In this document: positions 45,864-55,939 of the stretch, piece after piece | Layout of the letters: each line of letters starts with the position of its first letter | Position numbering within the stretch: the first letter of the stretch is position 1 | Source of the DNA: an uncultured Eubacteriales bacterium | Lineage (GTDB): Bacteria; Bacillota; Clostridia; Christensenellales; CAG-138 | NCBI GenBank assembly: GCA_902768795.1 | Contig: CACXMS010000002.1 | Location: forward strand, 29,871 to 93,870 | Direction of reading: 5' to 3' | DNA: 64,000 bases | Notes under the pieces: model-generated | Told to the model about the DNA's origin: nothing | The model's input: only the letters and a program-made list of their open reading frames with translations | Databases searched by the model: none | Program-made: the position numbers and the translations under genes

Positions 45864-46151
45864 CGCCGCTTCCCCCTTTTCTGACATGATACCATGACGA
45901 CGCAATCTTGTAAAGGCGGTTTCAGACTGCCGGGAAGGGTGTTCAAAAGCCGGCTGATTTTCGACGAACGGATAGAAGAAACGGCCTCGAAGCGGCCGTT
46001 TCCACATACAGATTTTCTTTGTTTTTTCCTCGCCGAAAATGATCTGAACCCCTTATTGACAGTCTGAAGCGACACTTGACTTTTCCCGTAAAAAAGACTA
46101 CCCTATAATAGAAATCATATCGGCCGCCGCAGGCGGCGCATGAAGGACTGT

Positions 46152-48023
46152 ATGCAGAAGCAATCGTTTGACATCGTAGTGATCGGCGCGGGGCACGCCG
46201 GCGTGGAGGCGTCGCTCGCTGCGGCGCGCATGGGGCTTGACACCCTTCTTCTGACGCTGAATCTCGACAGCATCGGCATGATGCCGTGCAATCCCGCGAT
46301 CGGCGGCACGGGCAAGGGGCATCTTGTCCGGGAGCTCGACGCGCTCGGCGGGGAAATGGGCCTTGCGGCGGACGACACGCTGATCCAGATGCGAATGCTG
46401 AACACGGGCAAGGGTCCCGCCGTCCACTCGCTGCGCGCGCAGATGGACAAGCGCCGCTACCACGAGCGCGTCAAATCCGCGATCGAGCGCCAGCCGCACC
46501 TGACCGTGCTGCAGGGCGAGGTCGATGCGTTCGAAACAAAAAACGGCCGCATTTCGGCCGTGCTGACCGACGAGGGGTTCCGCTATGAATGCCGCGCCGC
46601 CGTGCTGTGCGCCGGCGTGTATCTGAAATCGCGGATCCTGATCGGCGAATGGGCGCGGCAGTCCGGCCCGAACGGTATGCTCCGCAGCGAACATCTTTCC
46701 GACGCGCTGCGCGCGCTCGGCATTCCGCTGCAGCGGTTCAAGACCGGCACGCCCGCGCGCGTCAAGCGCAGCACGCTCGATTTCGACGAGATGGAGATCC
46801 AGCTCGGCGACGAACCGACGCCCGCGTTTTCGTTCCTGCATCCGAACGGGCTTTCCTTACAGCAGGATCCGTGCTGGCTGACCTACACGACCGCCGAAAC
46901 GCACGAGATCATCCGGCAGAACCTGCACCGCTCGCCGATGTACAGCGGCAGGATTCACGCGACCGGCACGCGTTACTGCCCGTCGATCGAGGATAAGGTC
47001 GTCAAGTTCGCGGACAAGGACCGGCACCAGCTCTTCATCGAGCCGGAGGGCCGCACGACCGAGGAGATGTACGTGCAGGGCTTTTCGACGTCGCTGCCGG
47101 CCGACGTACAGATCGACATGCTGCATTCGCTGCCGGGCCTTAAGCGCTGCGAAGTCATGCGGCTCGGCTACGCGATCGAATACGACTGCCTCGACCCGAC
47201 CGCGCTCGATTTGCAGTTCATGGTCAAATCCGTCCCCGGTCTGTTTACCGCGGGGCAGGTCAACGGGTCGAGCGGCTATGAGGAAGCCGCCGCGCAGGGG
47301 ATCTACGCCGGCATCAACGCCGCGCTGTACGTGAAAGGCGAGGAGCCGTTTTATCTCGGCAGAAGCGACGCCTATATCGGCGTGCTCGTCGACGATCTTG
47401 CGACCAAGGGCACGCCGGAGCCGTACCGCATGATGACCAGCCGCTGCGAATACCGTTTGCTGCTTCGGCAGGACAACGCCGATCTCCGGCTGACGGAGCG
47501 CGCATACCGGCTCGGCCTGATCACGCCCGAGCGCCGCGCCGCGCTCGAAGAAAAACAGGAGGGCGTCGCCCGCACGCTGCAGCGGCTCGGCGCGCACGTT
47601 CCTCCGTCCGACGCGCTGCGCGTCTATCTCGAATCGCTCGGCGAGCCGTTCCCGCAAAGCGGCGCGGTGCTGTTCGACCTGTTGAAGCGTCCGAAAGTCC
47701 GCTATGCCGATCTGCTGCGGCTTTACGACGCGCTTGAACCGATCGCGCCGAACGTCGAGGAGCAGATCGAGGTGCTCGCGCATTACGACGGCTACATCGA
47801 AAAGCAGCGCATTCAGGTCGAGCGCGAAAAGGCGCTCGAAAACACCGCGCTTCCGCCTGATCTCGACTATTCGCGGCTCGACGGCCTGCGCCTCGAAGCG
47901 CGGCAGAAGCTCAACGCGATCCATCCTGCGTCCGTCGGCCAGGCCTCGCGCATTTCGGGCGTTTCGCCCGCCGACGTCAGCGTGCTCCTTCTCTATGCGA
48001 AACGGGGGTTTTCCGATGCGTGA
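46152..48023 (+). CDS. mnmG: tRNA uridine-5-carboxymethylaminomethyl modification enzyme MnmG (GidA)
   Basis: FDIVVIGAGHAGVEA FAD motif, full-length GidA pattern. The start is either ATG 46152 (SD GAAGGA) or ATG 46140. Confidence 0.95.
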   Translation: MQKQSFDIVVIGAGHAGVEASLAAARMGLDTLLLTLNLDSIGMMPCNPAIGGTGKGHLVRELDALGGEMGLAADDTLIQMRMLNTGKGPAVHSLRAQMDKRRYHERVKSAIERQPHLTVLQGEVDAFETKNGRISAVLTDEGFRYECRAAVLCAGVYLKSRILIGEWARQSGPNGMLRSEHLSDALRALGIPLQRFKTGTPARVKRSTLDFDEMEIQLGDEPTPAFSFLHPNGLSLQQDPCWLTYTTAETHEIIRQNLHRSPMYSGRIHATGTRYCPSIEDKVVKFADKDRHQLFIEPEGRTTEEMYVQGFSTSLPADVQIDMLHSLPGLKRCEVMRLGYAIEYDCLDPTALDLQFMVKSVPGLFTAGQVNGSSGYEEAAAQGIYAGINAALYVKGEEPFYLGRSDAYIGVLVDDLATKGTPEPYRMMTSRCEYRLLLRQDNADLRLTERAYRLGLITPERRAALEEKQEGVARTLQRLGAHVPPSDALRVYLESLGEPFPQSGAVLFDLLKRPKVRYADLLRLYDALEPIAPNVEEQIEVLAHYDGYIEKQRIQVEREKALENTALPPDLDYSRLDGLRLEARQKLNAIHPASVGQASRISGVSPADVSVLLLYAKRGFSDA

Positions 48024-48693
48024 CCTGCTGCTGCAAACGATCCCGTCTTTGAACGGAGATGAATGCGACAAATTTGTCGCATATTATGAGCTCTTGATCG
48101 ACTGGAACACGCGCATGAACCTGACCGCGATCACGGCGCCGGAGGACGTTGTCAAAAAGCATTTTGCCGATTCGCTCGCCGCGCTGCCGTTTCTTCCGGA
48201 AGGGGCGCGCGTTGCGGACGTCGGAACCGGCGCGGGCTTCCCGGGCATTCCGCTCTTAATCGTTCGGCCGGATCTGAAGCTTACGCTCGTCGATTCGCTG
48301 CAAAAGCGCGTCGGATTCCTGCAAACCGTGCTGCAAACGCTCGATCTGAAGGCCGAATGTGTGCATGCGCGCGCCGAAGACTTCGGAAGGGACCCCGTCT
48401 ATCGCGCCGGATTTGACCGAACGGTTTCGCGCGCGGTCGCTTCGCTGCCGGTTCTTCTGGAGCTTACCGTTCCGCTTCTGAAGGTCGGCGGCAAAAGCAT
48501 CTGCTATAAGGGCGACGCAACGGAGGAGCTTGCGCTCTCGAAAAACGCCCGAAAGCGGCTTCATACCGACGTCGAAACGGTTCCCGTTCCGTCCGACTAC
48601 GGCATGCGCTCCCTCATAATTTGTACCAAAAATGCACCAACCCCGTCGCAGTACCCGCGCAAAGCGGGGCTGCCGTCCAAAAATCCGCTGTAA
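48016..48693 (+). CDS. rsmG: 16S rRNA (guanine527-N7)-methyltransferase RsmG (GidB)
   Basis: WNTRMNLTAI...DVGTGAGFPGIPL SAM motif. It overlaps the mnmG stop by 8 nt. Confidence 0.92.
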   Translation: MRDLLLQTIPSLNGDECDKFVAYYELLIDWNTRMNLTAITAPEDVVKKHFADSLAALPFLPEGARVADVGTGAGFPGIPLLIVRPDLKLTLVDSLQKRVGFLQTVLQTLDLKAECVHARAEDFGRDPVYRAGFDRTVSRAVASLPVLLELTVPLLKVGGKSICYKGDATEELALSKNARKRLHTDVETVPVPSDYGMRSLIICTKNAPTPSQYPRKAGLPSKNPL

Positions 48694-48708
48694 CAGGAGG
48701 TTTTATCC

Positions 48709-50259
48709 ATGAAGACGTTTCGCGTATTTGCGCTTGTTCTGATCCTCTGCGCCGCGCTCGCCTGCACGCAGCCCGCGCAGCCGGTCGAGATTGCCGCGCC
48801 GAGCGCGGCGGCAAGCGCCGTTCCCACCGCCATTCCGACCGCCGAGCCGACGAGCGAACCGACGCCGGAGCCGGTGCTGCTGTTCAATGAAGCGATCCCG
48901 CGCGATTCGCAGAAGCTCGTGCTTCAGATGCCGATCTCCTCGTTTGAAGCGGTCGAGGATGCGCTGAACATCCTGCCGAACGTGACTGAGGCCGAGATTA
49001 CGTTCACAGAGCCGTGGGAAAACGATCTTGACGGGCTGATCCGGTATCTGACGTTCCGGGAAAAGCATCCGTCTATCGAATTCAACGAGATTTTCCCGGA
49101 GGGCGTTTCACCGTATTCCGAAGCGCAGACGCTCACGCTGGCCGCGCCGGTCGGGCATCTCGACGTTCTTCTTCGCACGATGCCGGCGCTGACTTCGCTG
49201 AAGCTGCCCGCGGGTTCGGACAGCCGGGAGATTGCCGCGGCCGCCGAAGCGTATCCGACGCTGAAGATTCTGTTTGACGACGCCGTGTTCGGCGCTTCCG
49301 ACGCTTCCGCCGAAACGCTGACGATCTCCGGCTCGCCTTCCCTGGACGCGCTGAAAAACTATCTTGCGTGCTTCGGAAACCTGAAGGAAGTCGATTTGTC
49401 CGGTTCGACGCTTTCCGAATCCGACGGAAACGCGCTTTGCGACGCTTTCCCCGCCGTTGCTTTCGGGCGCACGGTCACGCTGAACGGCAAGCCGTACGAC
49501 AGTTTTTCCGAAGCGCTGAATTTTGACGGCGCAAAGATTGCCGACGTGGACGAATTCACCGAAACGCTGCGGTATTTTCCGCGGCTGAAAAGTCTTGAGA
49601 TGAACAACTGCAATCTCAAGGACGCCCAGATTGCCGCGATCCGCGAGCAATATCCCGAAAAAGGCGTCGTCTGGACCGTTCACGTGCGCGGCCGCAGCGT
49701 CCGCACGGACCGGATCGCGTTCTCGACCAAGCAGTATAAGGACAACACGAACCGCTTCACGACCGAGCAGGTCGCGCCGCTGCAGTACTGCACGAGTCTG
49801 ATCGCGCTCGATCTCGGACACAACGCGGTCAGCAATCTCGACTGGATCAAGCCGCTCCAAAACCTGCAGGTTTTGATCCTTGCCGACAACAAAATCAGCG
49901 ATCTTTCGCCGCTTGCGAATCTGAAGAAACTGAAATACGTTGAGATTTTCCTGAACAAATTCACCGACGTTTCGCCGCTCGGCGAGCTGCCGGAGCTGCT
50001 CGACGTGAACATCTGCTACACGCATGCCGTGGACCTGACGCCGCTGTGCAACTGCACGAAGCTCGAGCGCATCTGGATCTCGAAGTCCCGGTTCACAAAA
50101 GAAAGTCTGTCGGCTCTCCAACAGACTTTCCCGAATGCGATCATTGATTATGACGCCGAGTTTGACAGCACCGGCCGCGGCTGGCGTCAACATCCGCGCT
50201 ACGATGCGTACATCGAAATGTTCAAGACCGACAAGCCCGTCGATCCGTTCCTGCCCTGA
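48709..50259 (+). CDS. Leucine-rich-repeat lipoprotein (internalin-like LRR domain)
   Basis: Lipobox MKTFRVFALVLILCAALAC, and LRR units such as NLQVLILADNKISDLSPLANLKKLKYVEIFLNKFTDVSPL. Confidence 0.75.
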   Translation: MKTFRVFALVLILCAALACTQPAQPVEIAAPSAAASAVPTAIPTAEPTSEPTPEPVLLFNEAIPRDSQKLVLQMPISSFEAVEDALNILPNVTEAEITFTEPWENDLDGLIRYLTFREKHPSIEFNEIFPEGVSPYSEAQTLTLAAPVGHLDVLLRTMPALTSLKLPAGSDSREIAAAAEAYPTLKILFDDAVFGASDASAETLTISGSPSLDALKNYLACFGNLKEVDLSGSTLSESDGNALCDAFPAVAFGRTVTLNGKPYDSFSEALNFDGAKIADVDEFTETLRYFPRLKSLEMNNCNLKDAQIAAIREQYPEKGVVWTVHVRGRSVRTDRIAFSTKQYKDNTNRFTTEQVAPLQYCTSLIALDLGHNAVSNLDWIKPLQNLQVLILADNKISDLSPLANLKKLKYVEIFLNKFTDVSPLGELPELLDVNICYTHAVDLTPLCNCTKLERIWISKSRFTKESLSALQQTFPNAIIDYDAEFDSTGRGWRQHPRYDAYIEMFKTDKPVDPFLP

Positions 50260-52548
50260 TTACTGCAGATCCGATTCCTTCGGCTGCACCGCGTCGTTCT
50301 GCAGGAAGATCACGATGTCCGAAAGACCGCGGATATTGCCGTGCGGCGTATCCGCCAGCGTCAGAAGCGAAAGCTCCTGTCCCATAAAGACGAGCGAAGT
50401 CGAATGGCCGCCGTCGAAGTTGTACGCGGCGCGGCAGCCGTACCGCTCGCAGACCTTTGCCATCATCCCGTAGGACATCTGCTGCGCGCGGTCGCGCAGG
50501 GTGATCGGCACGACGTAGTGGTACGGATCGGAATAGCCGAACGCCACGCGCATCGTGATCGTCCCGGGCTTGCCGCCATCGTCATACGCCGCCTTTCCGT
50601 CCCTCACAAGGATCGGGCCGAACGAAAAACTGTCCTTCACGCCGAGCGACTGAAGCTGCCCGGCGTTTGTTTCATGCTGATTGTAGATCTGCAGCGTTCC
50701 GTCCGGCAGAATTGCGTAGGACGTCGTTTCGTCGCGATCGTAATACACGATGCCGTTGCGGATCATCACGCCCTTGCGGTTCGATGTGAACCCGATATAG
50801 TCGCCCGTAAACGCGATCACCGCGTTGTTCTTGCGCGCCTGGATCTCCGGCAGCACGCTGTCCATACGAATGATGCGGCCCGTTGCGTCCGGCTTGGTCA
50901 CGCGGCCCGTCGGCAGCGCGTTCGCCGTTGCCAGAAGGTCGGTGCGGAACAGCATCCGTTCCTCGGAATCGTCAAGACAGATCAGCGCCGCGCCGTTTGT
51001 GTCGAGGTACAGCCACGGCCCGAGCGTTTCGCCCATGCCCTCGATATACGCCGTCGCCTCGGCGTTCTCCTTTGCTGCCGTTTCGATCGGCGCGCAGATC
51101 CATTCGGATGCAAACGCCTTCTTTTCGGACAGATCCGCCGGCAGAAGTCCCGCGCCGATCATGCTGCCGTCCAGCCGCACGCCGACCGCATGGTAAGCGC
51201 CCGCCGCAACCGAAACGACCTCGGTCCACGCCGATACGTCGCACTGGCCCGCCGCGTTGTCGCCGCAGGCGACGACCGTTCCGTCGTTTTTCAGCCCGAC
51301 CGTGAAGCACGCGCCGCAGGCGATTTCCTTGATATCGCTCCAATCGGAAACGTCGCACTGGCCGTACGTATTGTCGCCGCAGGCGACGACCGTCCCGTCG
51401 TTCTTCAAACCCACCGTATGCCAGAGTCCCGCCGAAACCGCAGCGATCCCCGTCCATTCGGATACGTCGCGCTGGCCTCTTTCGTAATTGCCGGCGGAAA
51501 CGACGGTTCCGTCCGATTTCAATCCGATCGAATGCCACGCTCCCGCCGCAACGTCAACGATGTCCTTCCATTCCTCGACGTTGATCCGTCCGTACGCCTT
51601 GCTGCCGACGCCGGTTACGGTTCCGTCGGCATGCAGCAGCAGCGCGTGCGTAAGCCCCGGCGCCGCATCGATCACGTCGGTCATTTGAGAAAGCGTTTCT
51701 TCCGAGCCGAACGTTTCTCCGGTCGTGAGCACTTTGCCGTCCTTCAAATACAGCACGCTCGTCAGACCGGAACAGACCGCATCCGCCGCTTCGGGCGCGG
51801 CGGCATAGCGCGCGTCGCCCAGAATCCACGGCGTTTCACCCGCCGCGGCGGTATGCCATGCGCCGGCCGCGATCACGCCCTGCGCCGCTTCCGTCAGCTC
51901 GGCCCGATACTGCTCCTTCTGCTCCAGCAGCTTTTGCGCGGCCTGTTCGCCCGCTTCGGTGCCGAGCGCGCGCAAAGCCGCGGCCGCTTCGTCGTAATTG
52001 CGTCCCGTGAACACGGCGCTCGCCTCCCGAAAGCGGATGCGTTCGCGGATCGTCTCCGCTCTTGAAGCGGCGTCGGCATAGGCGCCGAGCGCCGTAAACG
52101 CTTCAAGCGCCTGCTCGTCCTTTCCTTCGTTCTCGAGCGCTTCGGCCATCGCGTACGATTCCCTGTTGAGAAGCTCGGTTTGTTTTACCTTCAGATCGTC
52201 CCGCAGCGCCTGCGCGCGCGCGGCGTCGCCGCTTTCGAGCAGCTTTGCCGCATATTCGAGATCGCCGTCCGCGATCGCGCGGTCAATCTCCTTTTCCAGA
52301 AGCGCCGCGCTCTTTTCGCCGAGCAGCCCGATCTTCTCGTCCGCAAACAGCCGCCCTTTCAGCGTATCGATCGCCTCCGCGATCGTCCTTTGCGCCTTGT
52401 CGTACGAAGCCGCGTCCGCGGTCTCGACGGCCTCCCGATAGATTTTTTCCACCGCCGCCTTGGTAAAGGTCAGAAATCCGGCGGCCGCCAGAATCAGTAT
52501 GACGACCGGGATGCCGATCCAAAGCAGCAGCTTTTTCCCGTTGTTCAT
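50260..52548 (-). CDS. Membrane-anchored protein: helical/TPR-like region, RCC1-like repeats and a C-terminal phosphodiester glycosidase (NAGPA-like) domain
   Basis: TM helix LLLWIGIPVVILILAAAGFL. Repeats of the form AAGxWHxVGLKxDGTVVxxGDNxxGQCDVSxW, at least 4 units. C-terminus FGPILVRDGK...AYNFDGGHSTSLVF. Confidence 0.8.
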   Translation of the reverse strand: MNNGKKLLLWIGIPVVILILAAAGFLTFTKAAVEKIYREAVETADAASYDKAQRTIAEAIDTLKGRLFADEKIGLLGEKSAALLEKEIDRAIADGDLEYAAKLLESGDAARAQALRDDLKVKQTELLNRESYAMAEALENEGKDEQALEAFTALGAYADAASRAETIRERIRFREASAVFTGRNYDEAAAALRALGTEAGEQAAQKLLEQKEQYRAELTEAAQGVIAAGAWHTAAAGETPWILGDARYAAAPEAADAVCSGLTSVLYLKDGKVLTTGETFGSEETLSQMTDVIDAAPGLTHALLLHADGTVTGVGSKAYGRINVEEWKDIVDVAAGAWHSIGLKSDGTVVSAGNYERGQRDVSEWTGIAAVSAGLWHTVGLKNDGTVVACGDNTYGQCDVSDWSDIKEIACGACFTVGLKNDGTVVACGDNAAGQCDVSAWTEVVSVAAGAYHAVGVRLDGSMIGAGLLPADLSEKKAFASEWICAPIETAAKENAEATAYIEGMGETLGPWLYLDTNGAALICLDDSEERMLFRTDLLATANALPTGRVTKPDATGRIIRMDSVLPEIQARKNNAVIAFTGDYIGFTSNRKGVMIRNGIVYYDRDETTSYAILPDGTLQIYNQHETNAGQLQSLGVKDSFSFGPILVRDGKAAYDDGGKPGTITMRVAFGYSDPYHYVVPITLRDRAQQMSYGMMAKVCERYGCRAAYNFDGGHSTSLVFMGQELSLLTLADTPHGNIRGLSDIVIFLQNDAVQPKESDLQ

Positions 52549-52551
52549 GGT

Positions 52552-54855
52552 TTATTCCTCCGTGATGATCAGCAGCATGGACGAATAATCGCCCTGCATG
52601 TGCATTTTATCCGAATAGCCCGTTCCGATAAACGAGCGGTGCAGACGGATACCCGCCATAAGCTGCGCGCCCGAGGCGCGATAGGATTCCCGGTAATCGT
52701 CCATCCGAAAATGCTTGTTCACCGCAAGCAGCAGATGGCTGTACGAACGGATCGTGACCGGCAGAATATGCTTCAGAAGCGTTCCGAACCCCGAAACGAA
52801 CAGCGGCGATTCGACCTGCCGCAGCGCGTACGTCTTTTCCGGGTCGAGCCCGCGAACTTCCACGACGTCGTTCCACTGCGCCGCCGGAGCAAGCGTTTTG
52901 ACGCGCAGAACGACGGTCTGTTTTTCCGACTGCGCCTGCCATTGGACGATATGCGGATCGCCGGTTTCGATTCGTGAGAATCTGCCGAACTGACACGTTT
53001 TGCGAATTTTCCGATACGTGTTCAGCATGCCTTTCAGCGACTTGCGCTCGATCGGCGTCAGATCCTTCGGATCGAGCTCAAGGCCGAACGCGCCGAACGC
53101 CGCGACCGCGAAGCGCGTGGAGAGCGGCGTATTGCGAAGCGTCTGCTGATGCGGCGCGAGCGAAACGTGCGCGCCCATCGTCGAAACCGGATAGAACAGC
53201 GAAAGTCCGCCCTGGATTTTCAGCCGTTCGATCGGATCCGTGTCGTCCGAAGCCCAGATCTGCTGCGCGAAGCAGAGCTGTCCGAGATCGAACCGTCCGC
53301 CGCCCGACGCGCATCCCTCCAGAAGGATCTGCGGGCGCGGCCGGAAGATGCGGGAAAGCACCTCGTAATAGCCGATCACGTAGCGGTGCAAAAACGCGCC
53401 GTCCGTAAAATCGCTGACCTTGCGGTTCATATCCCACTTGACATACGCGATCGGACAGGTATCGAGAATTTTCGAAACATTTTCGACGATATAGTCCCGC
53501 ACCTCCTTGCGCGTCAGATCGAGAATCTTCTGATGCCGCCCGAGCGACGGCGCGCGGTTCGGGCGCTGAATCGCCCAATCGGGATGCGCGCGGTACAGAT
53601 CGGAATCGTCGTTGACGTTCTCCGGTTCGAACCACAGCCCGAACCGCATCCCGAGCCGGTTCACGCGCTCCCCGAGTCCCTCGAGTCCGTTCGGAAGTTT
53701 TTTCGGATTGACCGTATAATCGCCGAGACCTGCGGTATCGGTGTTGCGCGCACCGAACCAGCCATCATCCAGCACGAACAGCTCACAGCCCAGCTTCTTT
53801 CCCTGCCTGGCTAAACGCAAGAGCGAGTTCTGCCGAAATTGAAAAAAACACGCTTCCCAGTCGTTGATCAGAATCGGGCGTTCCTGCTTCTGCCAGTCGC
53901 CCCGCACGACGCGGTTTTGCACGAACGCGTGGAAGTTCTGCGACATGCCGTTCTTTCCGCGGCAGGAATACGTCAGAACCGCTTCCGGCGTTTCAAAGCG
54001 CTCGCCCTGTTTCAGTTCCCAGAGGAAGCAATGCGGATTGACGCCGCCGGTCACGCGGACAAGACCCGCCGCGCTCAGTTCGACGGTCGTGCGGTGGTTT
54101 CCGCTGTAAATCAGATTGAATCCGTAAACGTCGCCGTCGTTTTCGGTCGCTCCGCAGGCTGCAAGCGCAAGCGCCGGGTTGCCGGAATGCTGCGAATGTC
54201 CGATGCTTTCGTTGACGATCGTTCCCGCCTTCAAAGGCCGTTCAATCACCTGCGCTTCCCGGATCCATGCCGTGGAAAGCGTCGTCACCGTATAGGAACG
54301 GTCGCATAGATCGAGCGAATAGCTCATCATTTCCCGCAAAAGCACGGGCTCCTTTGCTTCGTTTCTCAGAACGGCGCGCCGCGTGATCACGTTTTCGGCT
54401 TCGTAAACGGTATAGTACAGATCGAGATACACCGGGAAAACGGCGTCCTTCATCGTGACGATCAGCGTCTGCGCTTCCCCGCCGGTGCTCTGCGGCAGCG
54501 TTTCCATTTTCGGCGCGCCGGACTCGACGCGATAGGAATCCAGCAGAAAATCGCAGGTAAAGCTGCCGTCCGGCATGCGGATCTCGATCGGCGGCGTCCG
54601 AAAATCGCCCTTGCCGACGCCGGACCATTCGAGAGGGATATCGTCGAGACAGTAGACGGGATCCGCCTGTTCGTCATAGATCACCGCGCTGCCGTGCGTC
54701 AGCTCGCGCTTGAACCGGAGCGATTCGGGATCGCCGACGGGAATTTTACGCCCGTAGTGCAGCGATTCCAGATGACCGAACGCGGTCTTTTGAAACAGAT
54801 ACGTCGATTCCGCCGTGTCCAGACGGAACAGACCTTCCGAAACCGTGATACTCAT
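52552..54855 (-). CDS. GH36-family alpha-galactosidase
   Basis: 767 aa: FVLDDGWFGARN, YVKWDMNR, CASGGGRFD motifs. Confidence 0.9.
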   Translation of the reverse strand: MSITVSEGLFRLDTAESTYLFQKTAFGHLESLHYGRKIPVGDPESLRFKRELTHGSAVIYDEQADPVYCLDDIPLEWSGVGKGDFRTPPIEIRMPDGSFTCDFLLDSYRVESGAPKMETLPQSTGGEAQTLIVTMKDAVFPVYLDLYYTVYEAENVITRRAVLRNEAKEPVLLREMMSYSLDLCDRSYTVTTLSTAWIREAQVIERPLKAGTIVNESIGHSQHSGNPALALAACGATENDGDVYGFNLIYSGNHRTTVELSAAGLVRVTGGVNPHCFLWELKQGERFETPEAVLTYSCRGKNGMSQNFHAFVQNRVVRGDWQKQERPILINDWEACFFQFRQNSLLRLARQGKKLGCELFVLDDGWFGARNTDTAGLGDYTVNPKKLPNGLEGLGERVNRLGMRFGLWFEPENVNDDSDLYRAHPDWAIQRPNRAPSLGRHQKILDLTRKEVRDYIVENVSKILDTCPIAYVKWDMNRKVSDFTDGAFLHRYVIGYYEVLSRIFRPRPQILLEGCASGGGRFDLGQLCFAQQIWASDDTDPIERLKIQGGLSLFYPVSTMGAHVSLAPHQQTLRNTPLSTRFAVAAFGAFGLELDPKDLTPIERKSLKGMLNTYRKIRKTCQFGRFSRIETGDPHIVQWQAQSEKQTVVLRVKTLAPAAQWNDVVEVRGLDPEKTYALRQVESPLFVSGFGTLLKHILPVTIRSYSHLLLAVNKHFRMDDYRESYRASGAQLMAGIRLHRSFIGTGYSDKMHMQGDYSSMLLIITEE

Positions 54856-54873
54856 AGATTCTTTTCCTTTCTG

Positions 54874-55707
54874 TCAAAATAATCGGTCGGGGAGAAAATG
54901 CTGGAAGATGATGCAGTTATACCGCTTTTCCAGCGTTTCGCGGTCGCTTTCGGGCTTTTCGGTCCAATAGACCGTCATCGCGCCGAACACGGAGGCCAGC
55001 CGGAGCGCAAGCGGCCGTTCCATGGATCCGTACGCAATAAAGTGCGGCCGTGTCCAGAAGTTCGTCCACAGGTGCGACATCGCAAACGCTTTGAGCGGCC
55101 CGCAGGTATGCCGCCAGCCACGATAGTTTTCGGTCAGCTGGCCGCGCATCAGATCGGGCGCTTTTTTCCGAAACCATCTCACGATGCGCGGATCGAAGCT
55201 CTCTACGCAGTAAGGCCCCTGAAAAGTCCTTAAAATCGCAAGCGTTTTTTCGCACAGCTCCCGATAGTTTTCGGTCGTTTTCAGTTCGACGATCACCGGA
55301 CTTTTTTCGTCCAGCACGCGCATGACGTCGGTAAACAGCGGAATGCCTAAGGTTTCGCCGCTTGTTCCGAAAAGAGACATACTCTGAAGCTGTGCAAGCG
55401 AAAAGCTGTCGACCCTTCCTTTGTATTCCGTTTCCCGATCGACGGAATCGTCGTGAAAAACAACGACTTCGCCGTCTTTGGTCAGCTGCACGTCAAGCTC
55501 GACGCCGTAACCGTGCTCGACTGCCCGCTCAAACGCGCGGATCGTATTCTCGGGAACGCTCTGATCCTTTTCGAAAAGACCGCGATGCGCGCAGTTCAGA
55601 TGAAAAAAGGGTTCCGCCTGCTCCCGGGAGGGCTGCGCGCACAGAATCATCCAAAGATACGCCGCCGCGAGAAAGAAAACAGCGCAGCAGCAAATCAGCA
55701 CCACCAT
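54874..55707 (-). CDS. Glycerophosphodiester phosphodiesterase-family protein with an N-terminal TM anchor
   Basis: NCAHRGLF...PENTIRAFERAVEHGYGVELDVQLTKDGEVVVFHD. Confidence 0.85.
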   Translation of the reverse strand: MVVLICCCAVFFLAAAYLWMILCAQPSREQAEPFFHLNCAHRGLFEKDQSVPENTIRAFERAVEHGYGVELDVQLTKDGEVVVFHDDSVDRETEYKGRVDSFSLAQLQSMSLFGTSGETLGIPLFTDVMRVLDEKSPVIVELKTTENYRELCEKTLAILRTFQGPYCVESFDPRIVRWFRKKAPDLMRGQLTENYRGWRHTCGPLKAFAMSHLWTNFWTRPHFIAYGSMERPLALRLASVFGAMTVYWTEKPESDRETLEKRYNCIIFQHFLPDRLF

Positions 55708-55939
55708 TTGTTTTTCTCCTTTCCTTTTCCAAAAAATTATACCGCATCCGACGCGATTTGAAAAGGTCTTTCCCGAAAAGACTTTTTTGTTTTTTCCTAT
55801 CCCATATATGCACCCTTGCCGAAAAAAGACCCGGTCAAAATCCGGAAAGAGACGAATCGGGCCCGGAAAAAACCTTTCTTTTTTTCGGATTTTCTGTTAT
55901 GATATAGAAGAACGATTTTACCCCGAAACGGAGTCTCTT

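Noticed and set aside
50341-52065. 574-aa plus-strand ORF opposite the RCC1/phosphodiester-glycosidase gene.
   Set aside because: It is an antisense artefact. The minus-strand frame carries clear RCC1 repeats and the NAGPA-type C-terminal motif.
55708-55939. Expected upstream half of a bipartite oriC (DnaA boxes between the preceding gene and dnaA).
   Set aside because: No 9-mer within 2 mismatches of TTATCCACA stood out by eye. The region looks like an ordinary divergent promoter region (TATGAT at about 55897-55902). This should be confirmed by a PWM scan.
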